Shown here piece by piece: positions 18,810 through 27,016 of a stretch of 64,000 bases of DNA. The position numbers and the translations under genes were made by a program. The DNA is from an uncultured Hyphomicrobiales bacterium. GTDB taxonomy: Bacteria > Bacteroidota > Ignavibacteria > Kapaibacteriales > UBA2268. Numbering within the stretch: the first letter of the stretch is position 1; every line of letters starts with the position of its first letter. The notes under the pieces were generated by a model. That model saw only the letters and a program-made list of their open reading frames with translations. It did no database searches and had not been told where the DNA came from. The stretch lies in assembly GCA_964509335.1 (NCBI GenBank), contig CAZDXB010000002.1, positions 58,253-122,252 on the forward strand, read 5' to 3'.

Positions 18810-18890
18810 GGATTCCCGCTTCAGCGGGAATGACGTCTATATGTCATTCCCAACTTGATTGGGAATCCAGAAAAGACGATAATTTTTGGA
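18810..18890. repeat. Cluster of REP-like hairpins (GGAATC/GATTCC type), includes copy 2 of the 4092-4138 element
   Basis: ATTCCCGC-TTCA-GCGGGAAT lies at 18812-18831. ATTCCCAA-CTTGA-TTGGGAAT lies at 18846-18866. The 93-aa track ORF across the cluster (…IPASAGMTSICHSQLDWESRKD…) is the kind of spurious ORF such repeats typically generate. Confidence 0.6.
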
Positions 18891-19056
18891 ACTGTACTAT
18901 TAGACTTTGCAATATTGTCAATACAATCGAGTCTTTAGACAGCCCCAATGCATACTGAGACGCTCAGCGTCGGTTCCCTGTTCTCTTCTCCGCGCAGAGC
19001 GCCTTTATACGTCCGCGACGCAAGAGCGTCGGGACGCGTAAGACGAGTTGAAAATA

Positions 19057-21129
19057 TTACTCCGTCTTTATAAGCTTACCGCTTTCAATCTTTCCGTTTA
19101 TTTGGAGCCGATAGAAATAAACGCCGGGACTTAGAGAGCTAAGAGACAGTTTGATTTTTTCGTCTTGTCGATTGTTGATTGTCTTCTCTATAATTGCTTC
19201 GCCAACGAGATTAGTCAGCGTAATTTTTGTTACCAGCGTTAAAGGCGCTTCAATTATTAAATAATTGCTTGCGGGATTTGGATATATCTTTATTTTCAGC
19301 GTTCTTTGTTCCTCAACTGCGGTAGAGAAGTCGTAAGGTTCCGACATTTCCGACTCGCAACCGTTATTGCCGGTAACTTTGACCGAATATAAGCCGTCGG
19401 CTTCGGGAACGTAATATTTATTGTTCGCTCCCAGTATCTCTTCGCCGTTTTTATACCATTGATTACCCGTTTCGGCGCTGGAAAAGAGAGTGTCTCCCTC
19501 TCTGCTTATTACGGGCTTCGGCGGCGCCGGCAATACTTCCAAATCCTTTGTCGCGCTGTTCGAACAGCCGAACTCGTCGGTATATGAATAAGTTATAAGA
19601 TGCGTTCCAATTCCGGCATCCGAGGGATAGAAGCGATTGTTTTCGACGCCCTCGCCGAAGTATTCGCCGCCTTGCGGCATACCACCCGTAAGCGGAAACG
19701 AGGAGTCGCTCTCGCATACGTCGCTGAAATCGCGCAACGTAACTTGCGGCGCTTCTCTGACGTTTACATCCTTTAATACGGAATCTTTGTAGCTGACGGA
19801 AAAATCCGTTACGACGTATTTAATTGAATATCCTCCAGCCGCCAGCCAGTTAACTTGAACCGTGAAATTATTGTCCGCCCCGATAATCTCGCCGCCCTCG
19901 GCTTTCCATTTTATCGCTATATCGGATATTTCTTCGGTCGAATATTCTACGACGTCGCCTTGACAGACGGAAAAGTCGCCGGCAATTTCGCCGAGTTCGG
20001 GAGGAATGTAAACGTCTATTTCACGAGTAGCCGTATCGGCGCAGCCGGTATGTCTATTGGTTTGAATTAACGTAATAGTAGCATTCTCTACCTCTTGCCA
20101 TTCAATTGCGGCGGAATCAAGAGTGGAATCGCCGAGTAGAGCGCCGCCCTCTACTCTCCAAAGATAATAGAGGCTGTCGGCGTAATCGGTATGATAGACA
20201 TTTGTATCGCCCGACACTACCGAGTTCGGTCCCGTAATAATAGCGTTCGGTTTGGGAGTTATAACGACGGTTTTCGTATCGACGCCCACACAGCCAAACG
20301 CTCCGGTTTTTCTGAGTTCAATAGTTCCTTCGCCGGGAGAATTCCAAAGAACTTCGGCGTATGCTATGTCAGATTCAAGAATAACTCCGCCTTGGACATT
20401 CCAGTCCACTAACGAAGTCTCTCCGGGTTCCGCGAGATACTCAATGATTTCGCCTTCGCATACATTGTAATCGCCGCTAGCTATAGTAGCTTCCGGCGGC
20501 GTTATTAAAGTTATCTCGACGTTTGCAGTATCCACGCATCCAGTAGATTTATTTTTCTTAACTAACCGCAAAATTCCGGTACCCGTTCCCGTCCATCTGA
20601 CGTTAACGTTTGGCATACTCGAGTCTGAAACTATCTCTCCGCCCTGAGCGCTCCAGTTGAACGTAAAAGTAATCGGTTCTCCGCTGTCGGAATATTCATA
20701 TGTATCCCCGCTACAAGAGGAATCAGAGCCAATAATATTGAAGCTAGGGGCTTCGAAAATAGTTAAGTCTTCGCCGTTGTCGGAGCCCACTGTTTCAGGG
20801 TCGGACGCTACGACTCTCACGCGGTAGGCGAACCCTTCCGGCAAATCTTTCGGCAAAACCGACGTAATATCGCCGGAAATTACGCTTTCGACCGACCCGA
20901 TATTGACAGGGTCTGAGAAATCGCCCAGAGCGTCCGAAAGTTGCGCCGTAAAAACGTTGCCTTCGTCGAACTCTCCGTTAGCCGTATAGGACGTTTGGAA
21001 AGTTTCGCCGGCGCAAAGCGGCGAAGCAATCGGAAGCGTCTCGACAGTTTGCGCTTTCGCTAGCGCGGCGCAAAAAAATATTATTAAGCCTAACAAGTAA
21101 AACAATATGAGCTTAGCGTATTTTTTCAT
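19057..21129 (-). CDS. Secreted T9SS cargo protein with four ~70-aa Cys-bracketed Ig/PKD-like repeats
   Basis: 690 aa with a signal peptide. The repeats follow the pattern C-x-G-[DE]-x3-Y ... W ... GG ... GC. The C-terminal T9SS sorting domain reads KIYPNPASNYLIIE ... GVYFYRLQINGKIESGKLIK. Confidence 0.8.
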   Translation of the reverse strand: MKKYAKLILFYLLGLIIFFCAALAKAQTVETLPIASPLCAGETFQTSYTANGEFDEGNVFTAQLSDALGDFSDPVNIGSVESVISGDITSVLPKDLPEGFAYRVRVVASDPETVGSDNGEDLTIFEAPSFNIIGSDSSCSGDTYEYSDSGEPITFTFNWSAQGGEIVSDSSMPNVNVRWTGTGTGILRLVKKNKSTGCVDTANVEITLITPPEATIASGDYNVCEGEIIEYLAEPGETSLVDWNVQGGVILESDIAYAEVLWNSPGEGTIELRKTGAFGCVGVDTKTVVITPKPNAIITGPNSVVSGDTNVYHTDYADSLYYLWRVEGGALLGDSTLDSAAIEWQEVENATITLIQTNRHTGCADTATREIDVYIPPELGEIAGDFSVCQGDVVEYSTEEISDIAIKWKAEGGEIIGADNNFTVQVNWLAAGGYSIKYVVTDFSVSYKDSVLKDVNVREAPQVTLRDFSDVCESDSSFPLTGGMPQGGEYFGEGVENNRFYPSDAGIGTHLITYSYTDEFGCSNSATKDLEVLPAPPKPVISREGDTLFSSAETGNQWYKNGEEILGANNKYYVPEADGLYSVKVTGNNGCESEMSEPYDFSTAVEEQRTLKIKIYPNPASNYLIIEAPLTLVTKITLTNLVGEAIIEKTINNRQDEKIKLSLSSLSPGVYFYRLQINGKIESGKLIKTE

Positions 21130-21254
21130 AGTTTTTTAGCAAGTTTTTTTTCGCTTAAAGTTCATTTTAACGTAAATATAAAACCAATATTTAGGAAATT
21201 TACAAGGTTTTTTTTAATTTTATCAAGTTTGAAAACATAAAAACGGAAAGAATT

Positions 21255-21899
21255 ATGAAAAAGTTAATCATAGTAATAGTTAGCTTGATAGTATCGCTTC
21301 TGTTAAACTTTGCCGCTAGCGGCGCGAAGGATAAGGGCTTTATGCAACAGGCTTTTGAATCGATGGAAGCCAACGAATACGAAACGGCGATAGTATTTTA
21401 CGACAAAGCCGTGGAAGCTAAGCCCGACTACGCGCCCGCTTACTACGGTCGCGGGTTGGCGAAAGCTCATTCCGACGACATAAGCGGTTCGATAGAGGAT
21501 TTGGAGAAAGCGACCGATTTAAAGTCCGACTATCATCAGGCTCACTACGCTTTAGGTTTGAGCTATATACAAAACGGCGATTACGAAAAAGCCGTGAAAT
21601 CTTTGTCGGAAGCCGTTTCCGTCGAGGAGAAAGCGGATTATTATTACGCCAGAGCCAACGCTTATAAATTAGCCGAGAATTACGACAAAGCCTTAGTGGA
21701 TTATTCAAACGCTATAGAAACAGACCAATACTACGGTATAGCGTATTACGGGCGCGGCGCTTTACATAAATTACAAGGTAGGGGCGACGCTTCGTTGCAG
21801 GATTTGGAAAAATATCTTGAAATGAGAGGCAATCAAGACGGTTTGGAAAAAGAAGTAAAAAGACTGATAAAGGAAATCAAAGAGGGAAGAGTGAATTAA
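21255..21899 (+). CDS. Secreted tetratricopeptide (TPR) repeat protein
   Basis: 214 aa with a signal peptide and repeated A-x3-Y-x-x-A-[IL]-x-x-x-P-x-Y-x-x-A-Y-Y-x-R-G units. Confidence 0.8.
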   Translation: MKKLIIVIVSLIVSLLLNFAASGAKDKGFMQQAFESMEANEYETAIVFYDKAVEAKPDYAPAYYGRGLAKAHSDDISGSIEDLEKATDLKSDYHQAHYALGLSYIQNGDYEKAVKSLSEAVSVEEKADYYYARANAYKLAENYDKALVDYSNAIETDQYYGIAYYGRGALHKLQGRGDASLQDLEKYLEMRGNQDGLEKEVKRLIKEIKEGRVN

Positions 21900-22007
21900 T
21901 TTCGTGAGTAGTTGTAGCTTGTAGTCAAGACGGACTTAGTTTTAAGAATTTTTGAAATCTTGGTTTGCCAATATTCTATTGTAAATGTTATAAGTTAGAG
22001 AAGAATA

Positions 22008-22847
22008 ATGCAAGACTTCGGGGGGAAGTGGACCAAAAATAAGATTGAAATTTTGGAAAAGTACGCTGGCGCTTATCTTCAAATAATGAAGAAACATCCT
22101 TATTGGAAAAAAATTTATTTCGACGGTTTCGCCGGTTCGGGACTTATTAAAAGAAGCGGCGAATCCGGATATAAAGACGATACAATTGGAGCGGCAAGAA
22201 GAATAATTGAAATAGACAACCCAATCTCGTTCGACGAATATCGTTTTGTTGAAAAAGACAAACAGAATTTCAACAAGCTAAAAAAGAATCTGAGCGGATT
22301 TTCGAAAACAAAAAATGTCGAATGTTTAAACTCGGATTGTAATGAAGAATTAAAAAGGCTAGCGGACGATTTAAAGCGGTCAAAATCAAAGTGCTTAGCT
22401 TATATAGACCCTTACGGGATGCAGTTAGAATGGGAAGCGATATCCAGATTGAAAGAATTAAATAATATTGATATTTGGTTGTTAATCCCCACTGGTATGG
22501 GTGTTAATAGGCTATTAAAAAGAGACGGGAACATAAATGATAGATGGTTAGAAAGACTCGAAAAAACGTTTGGATTAACATATCAAGAAATTAAGAGGTA
22601 TTTCTATGAAGAGAGAAAGGAAATAACCTTATTTGGCGAAGAAGATATTAAAACTAAAAGAGAAAACGCTATAAGAAGAGCGGCGGATTTATATATAGAA
22701 AGATTGAAAAGTGTTTTTAAATTCGTTTCAAATCCATATATTCTAACAAATACAAAAGGATATATTATGTATCATTTCCTTATGGCTTCAAATTATGATA
22801 AGGCTGAAAAAATTGCGAACGATATTATCAAAAAATACAATAGATAA
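22008..22847 (+). CDS. tcmP: Three-Cys-motif partner protein TcmP (methyltransferase-like)
   Basis: 279 aa. The N-terminus GGKWTKNKIEILEKYAGAYLQIM ... IYFDGFAGSG matches my memory of the TcmP family. D-x-F-x-G-x-G lies at aa 39-45, FVEKD at aa 80-84, and IDPYG at aa 133-137. Confidence 0.7.
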   Translation: MQDFGGKWTKNKIEILEKYAGAYLQIMKKHPYWKKIYFDGFAGSGLIKRSGESGYKDDTIGAARRIIEIDNPISFDEYRFVEKDKQNFNKLKKNLSGFSKTKNVECLNSDCNEELKRLADDLKRSKSKCLAYIDPYGMQLEWEAISRLKELNNIDIWLLIPTGMGVNRLLKRDGNINDRWLERLEKTFGLTYQEIKRYFYEERKEITLFGEEDIKTKRENAIRRAADLYIERLKSVFKFVSNPYILTNTKGYIMYHFLMASNYDKAEKIANDIIKKYNR

Positions 22848-22850
22848 GAA

Positions 22851-23570
22851 ATGGCTAAATCAAAAATAGAATGGACAGAAGTTACTTGGAATCCCTCAAC
22901 GGGTTGCTCGAAAATATCTGAGGGGTGTAAGTATTGTTACGCCGAAAAAATGGCGTTAAGGTTAAAAGCGATGGGTTTGAAGAAATATTGGAACGGTTTC
23001 AAATTGACTTGTCATAATAAAGACTTGGACGCCCCTTACGCTTGGAAGAAACCGCGAATAGTATTTGTAAACTCTATGAGCGATTTGTTTCACGAAGATA
23101 TGCCGCTAGAGTTTATTCAAAAAGTTTTTTCTGTAATGAATGATAATCCTCGCCACATATTCCAAGTCTTAACTAAAAGAGCTAACGTTTTAAGAGAGTA
23201 TTCGCCTCTTTTAAAGTGGTCGGAAAATATCTGGATGGGAGTAACGGTTGAGAATAACAATTATACCGATAGAATAGACGAATTGAGAAAGATTTCAGCG
23301 GCTATAAAATTCGTTTCATTTGAACCGCTGTTGGGACCAATTGAAGAACCGAATCTTCAAGGTATTGATTGGGTCATTGTAGGGGGAGAAAGCGGCCCTA
23401 AGTCTAGAACAATCAAAAAAGAATGGATTTGTCCCATAAAAGATTTATGTGAAAGTCTTAAAATACCATTCTTTTTCAAGCAGTGGGGCGGTAAAAATAA
23501 AAAAGCAAACGGCAATACCTTATCTGGAAAAAAGTTTTTAGAAACGCCTCAAGTATCACTAGAACTATAA
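22851..23570 (+). CDS. Phage Gp37/Gp68 (DUF5131) family three-Cys-motif protein
   Basis: 239 aa. It has IEWTEVTWNPSTGCSKISEGCKYCYA (C19-x6-C26-x2-C29), SMSDLFHE, WVIVGGESGP and PFFFKQWGG. It starts 3 nt after tcmP. Confidence 0.75.
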   Translation: MAKSKIEWTEVTWNPSTGCSKISEGCKYCYAEKMALRLKAMGLKKYWNGFKLTCHNKDLDAPYAWKKPRIVFVNSMSDLFHEDMPLEFIQKVFSVMNDNPRHIFQVLTKRANVLREYSPLLKWSENIWMGVTVENNNYTDRIDELRKISAAIKFVSFEPLLGPIEEPNLQGIDWVIVGGESGPKSRTIKKEWICPIKDLCESLKIPFFFKQWGGKNKKANGNTLSGKKFLETPQVSLEL

Positions 23571-23575
23571 ATAAT

Positions 23576-23610
23576 AACGCCGCCGAAAGAATCTTCCGGC
23601 GGCGTTTTTT
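23576..23610. terminator. Bidirectional rho-independent terminator
   Basis: A 10-bp GC-rich stem, AACGCCGCCG (23576-23585) / CGGCGGCGTT (23597-23606), is followed by T-run. It lies between convergent genes. Confidence 0.85.
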
Positions 23611-23613
23611 ATT

Positions 23614-24756
23614 TTACATCTTTCCGTTGCGTTTAAGTACGTCTCTTGCGATGATGCCTTTTTGGATTTCGTTGGTTCCTTCGAATATCTTATTAATTCT
23701 CCCGTCTCTATAGAATCTTTCGATGGGAAGTTCTTTTGAAAAGCCCATTCCGCCGTGAATTTGCATAGCGGTATCCGCTATTCTTTGTAGCGATTCCGAA
23801 GCGACGTATTTAACAATTGCGGCTTGTCTTCCTAGCATAGAACCGTCGTCGTAATCTATCGCGGTTCGGTAAATAATCGATTCGGCATTATAAATTTCGG
23901 TAGCCATATCGGCTAACATATTTTGAACGGATTGGAAATGAGCGATAGGTTGGTCGAATTGCTTGCGGTTTTTGGCGTATTCTACGGAAATTTCGAGCAA
24001 TTCCTTCATTCCTCCTAAACAAGCGGCTCCTAAACCGAGTCTGCCGGCGTCCAAAACTTTCATAGCGATTAAAAAGCCGCGTCCGTCCCTGCCGATTATA
24101 TTTTCTCCCGGAACTCTAACGTTGTCGAAAGTAATAGTCGAGGTTTCGCTGCCTTTTATTCCCATTTTCTTTTCGGGCGCGCCGTGAGAAAACCCGGGCA
24201 TATCCTTTTCCACTACGAAACCGGAAATTCCTTTTTTCGTTCGCGCGAAAACCGAAACGACGTCGGCGAACGGTCCGTTTGTAATCCACATTTTTTCGCC
24301 GTTCAAAATCCAATCGTCTCCGTCTTTTTCGGCTCGCGTTTGCAAATTAAAGGCGTCCGAGCCCGCTCCCTGTTCGGTTAAAGCGTAGGCGGCGTATTTT
24401 TCGCCCGAGTTGAGAATCGGAAGATATTTTTGCTTTAACTCTTCGCTGCCGCCGAGATATATCGCGTTTGCTCCAATGGAAACGTGAGCTCCTATAAAAG
24501 TGGCGGTTGAAAGACAAGCTCTCGATATTTCCTCTTGGATTATACAATAGCCAACTTCTCCAAAACCGCTGCCTCCGTATTCTTCCGGATACGGCGCTCC
24601 GAGCAATCCTAATTCGCCAATCTTTTTCTTTATTTCTCCCGGTATCTTTTCTTCATCGTCGATTTTAGCCGCTACGGGTTTTAATTCATTATTGACGAAA
24701 TCCCTTACCATATCTCGCAACATTTCTTGTTCTTCGGTAAAGCCGAACTTGAACAT
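23614..24756 (-). CDS. Acyl-CoA dehydrogenase
   Basis: 380 aa with typical ACAD blocks (YALTEQGAGSD, MWITNG, QIHGGMGF, IFEGTNEIQ). Confidence 0.9.
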   Translation of the reverse strand: MFKFGFTEEQEMLRDMVRDFVNNELKPVAAKIDDEEKIPGEIKKKIGELGLLGAPYPEEYGGSGFGEVGYCIIQEEISRACLSTATFIGAHVSIGANAIYLGGSEELKQKYLPILNSGEKYAAYALTEQGAGSDAFNLQTRAEKDGDDWILNGEKMWITNGPFADVVSVFARTKKGISGFVVEKDMPGFSHGAPEKKMGIKGSETSTITFDNVRVPGENIIGRDGRGFLIAMKVLDAGRLGLGAACLGGMKELLEISVEYAKNRKQFDQPIAHFQSVQNMLADMATEIYNAESIIYRTAIDYDDGSMLGRQAAIVKYVASESLQRIADTAMQIHGGMGFSKELPIERFYRDGRINKIFEGTNEIQKGIIARDVLKRNGKM

Positions 24757-24886
24757 ACGTTATTCCTCGTATTTATTTTAAATTCAATTATCAAAAAAAC
24801 AAAGTTATGGATTTTTTGTCTATTTTAAAATTTTTTAAAGCTAAGAGGCGCTCGGAATATCTAATCTATCTGTTTGCAAGTCAATT

Positions 24887-24915
24887 AAAAAGCTCCGACG
24901 CTTTCGCGCCGGAGC
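24887..24915 (-). terminator. Rho-independent terminator of pepD
   Basis: On the minus strand, GCTCCGGCGC-GAAA-GCGTCGGAGC (1 mismatch) is followed by TTTTT. Confidence 0.7.
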
Positions 24916-24963
24916 CAATATCATAACGTTTCAATTTTCAAACGCTTTTCTACTTGAAATAGA

Positions 24964-26421
24964 CTATTTCTTTGGAGTGTTTTTTATGATTTCCAAAAGA
25001 AGCTTCCAGCAGTTTTGCGTCGTTGAAATCGATATTTTTTCGTCGGGCGAATGAACGTCCAGCAACGTAGGGCCGAACGAAAGCATATCCATATCCGGGT
25101 ATTTCTCGCCGATTAAGCCGTTTTCCAGACCGGCGTGAATTGCTTGGATAATCGGTTCTTTATCAAAGAGTTCCTTGAATATTTCAACCGATTGATTAAG
25201 TATAGTTGAGTCCATATTCGGTTGCCAAGCGGGATATCCGCCTTCTTTCCAGACTTTAGCTCCGCCCAATTCCATCGACGTTCTGACGGTGTTCGCCATA
25301 TCTACTTTTTCAGTCTCTAACGAGCTTCTTTGGCTGGTTAGTATGAAAATTTCGTCGTCGCGAGTTTCCACAACGGCAAAGTTGGTCGAAGTCTGCACCA
25401 AACCTTTAATGTCGGGGCTCATTCTATAAACGCCGTGCGGCATCGCGTACATTGAACTGACAAAATTAGTTTGCAATTCTTTAGTCATTACCTTATCAGG
25501 CAAATCGACCTTTTTAGCTTCCGCGGCGATTTTCTTTTCAATCGTTTTGTATTCGTTCTTGACTAGTTTGTCGAATTCTTCAACGAACGCTTTGAAATCG
25601 CCTTCCTGCGCTTCGGGGAGAGTAACGACGGCGAAAGCTTCTCTCGGAATGGCGTTGTGGGCTTTTCCGCCGTTTACGCTCGAAACGCGAAGGTCGAATT
25701 TCTTTTGCGCTTCGTATAAGAATCTGTTGACGTATTTTAGCGCGTTAGCTCTTCCCGAGCTGATTACCAAACCTGAGTGTCCGCCGAGCATCCCTTTTAC
25801 GCCGACTTCGTAAGCGATTGAACCGCCGGGAACCGAATCGGATTCGTATTTGAAAGAACCGACTGTGTTAATGCCGCCCGCGCAACCGATTGTAAAGGTT
25901 CTGTCTTCTTCCGAATCCAAATTAATCAATATCTTGGATTTCAACAGCTTGTCGCTTAATTCCATCGCTCCGGTCAAACCGGTTTCTTCGTCGCGGGTGC
26001 AAAGTAATTCGATATCCGGATGAGGTATATCGCCAGTCATAATAACCATCCCCATAGCCAAACCAACGCCGTTGTCCGCGCCGAGCGTAGTGCCTTTGGC
26101 TTTTACCCAATCGCCGTCGATATACGGCTGTATAGCGTCGTTTTCGAAGTCAAACTCTACGTCGCTGTTCTTCTCGCAGACCATATCCATATGCCCTTGA
26201 ATGCAGATGGGAATTCTGTCTTCCATTCCTTCGGTCGCCGGCTTGCGTATTACCATATTGCCGGCGTCGTCTTCCTCCACTTCGAAATTATGTTTCTTTG
26301 CCCATTGCCTAAAGTATTCAGCGACTTTGTCTTCGTTCTTCGAAGGTCGCGGATACTGGCAAATTTCCTCGAAATAATCCCAAACCATTTGCGGTTCGAT
26401 TCCTTTTAGAGCTTGTGCCAT
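24964..26421 (-). CDS. pepD: Aminoacyl-histidine (Xaa-His) dipeptidase, M20C family
   Basis: 485 aa with QGHMDMVCEKN, GADNGVGLA and TRDEETGLTGA. Confidence 0.9.
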   Translation of the reverse strand: MAQALKGIEPQMVWDYFEEICQYPRPSKNEDKVAEYFRQWAKKHNFEVEEDDAGNMVIRKPATEGMEDRIPICIQGHMDMVCEKNSDVEFDFENDAIQPYIDGDWVKAKGTTLGADNGVGLAMGMVIMTGDIPHPDIELLCTRDEETGLTGAMELSDKLLKSKILINLDSEEDRTFTIGCAGGINTVGSFKYESDSVPGGSIAYEVGVKGMLGGHSGLVISSGRANALKYVNRFLYEAQKKFDLRVSSVNGGKAHNAIPREAFAVVTLPEAQEGDFKAFVEEFDKLVKNEYKTIEKKIAAEAKKVDLPDKVMTKELQTNFVSSMYAMPHGVYRMSPDIKGLVQTSTNFAVVETRDDEIFILTSQRSSLETEKVDMANTVRTSMELGGAKVWKEGGYPAWQPNMDSTILNQSVEIFKELFDKEPIIQAIHAGLENGLIGEKYPDMDMLSFGPTLLDVHSPDEKISISTTQNCWKLLLEIIKNTPKK

Positions 26422-26425
26422 TTTT

Positions 26426-26788
26426 TTAACCTTTCTTTAGTTCTTTAAAAGTAATAAAACCATTTCTATATAAGTTGTTTAAAAACTTGATAAGTCTATC
26501 CGTTACCGGACGAATTTCCTCGCCGAATTTTTCGTCTAGTTCCTCGGCAATTTCTTCAACTCTGCTCTCTCCGTCCATCAAGAGCCAAGTAGCGGCGCCT
26601 TTGTCGTCCAGATTTGCCCGTATGTGCGGGTTTTTCAGATATTTACTGAAATATTTTCTCGCGAATTTGTTGTTGAATTTCGGCACGAGAACGTCCACCA
26701 ACCCGTCGTCTTTGACCTTGTAATCGTGCAGTCTGATAGGCGTCAGCTTTAAGTAATTCAAGTCTTTCTTCTTTTTCCCGCCGAACAT
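26426..26788 (-). CDS. PqqD-family (peptide-chaperone-like) protein
   Basis: 120 aa. The C-terminal half (ATWLLMDGESRVEEIAEELDEKFGEEIRPVTDRLIKFLNNLYRNGFI) fits the PqqD pattern. No radical SAM partner lies nearby. Confidence 0.55.
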   Translation of the reverse strand: MFGGKKKKDLNYLKLTPIRLHDYKVKDDGLVDVLVPKFNNKFARKYFSKYLKNPHIRANLDDKGAATWLLMDGESRVEEIAEELDEKFGEEIRPVTDRLIKFLNNLYRNGFITFKELKKG

Positions 26789-27016
26789 ATTTAACTCTTT
26801 ATTCTATTTTATGCTTTCATTAAAACTTGCAATTTATCAAAAAAAAAGCTCTTATTGAAATATCGTTGAAAATTTAGGAGAATTGGCAAATCTTCGCTAC
26901 TACGGCTGATTTTATCTTGTTTCAAATAGAGCTCCGACCGACGTTCAATTCAAAAACAATTACAAAACGGTTTTCTTTAATATATCGGCTCGCTCGTATT
27001 AAATTAAAGTCCAAAA

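Noticed and set aside
18677-18958. 93-aa ORF (…IPASAGMTSICHSQLDWESRKD…).
   Set aside because: It runs across clustered palindromic REP-like hairpins. The peptide is the typical artefactual translation of such repeats, and there is no RBS or family resemblance.
22019-22025. G6 tract at codons 5-6 of tcmP as a contingency locus.
   Set aside because: It is too short for reliable slipped-strand phase variation, and no supporting evidence is available from a single sequence.
16584-23613. Calling the AT-rich islets (RhuM-Doc, TcmP pair) mobile elements or genomic islands.
   Set aside because: I could find no integrase, transposase, tRNA target or flanking direct repeats. The compositional deviation was judged by eye only, so they are reported as islets rather than annotated as mobile_element features.
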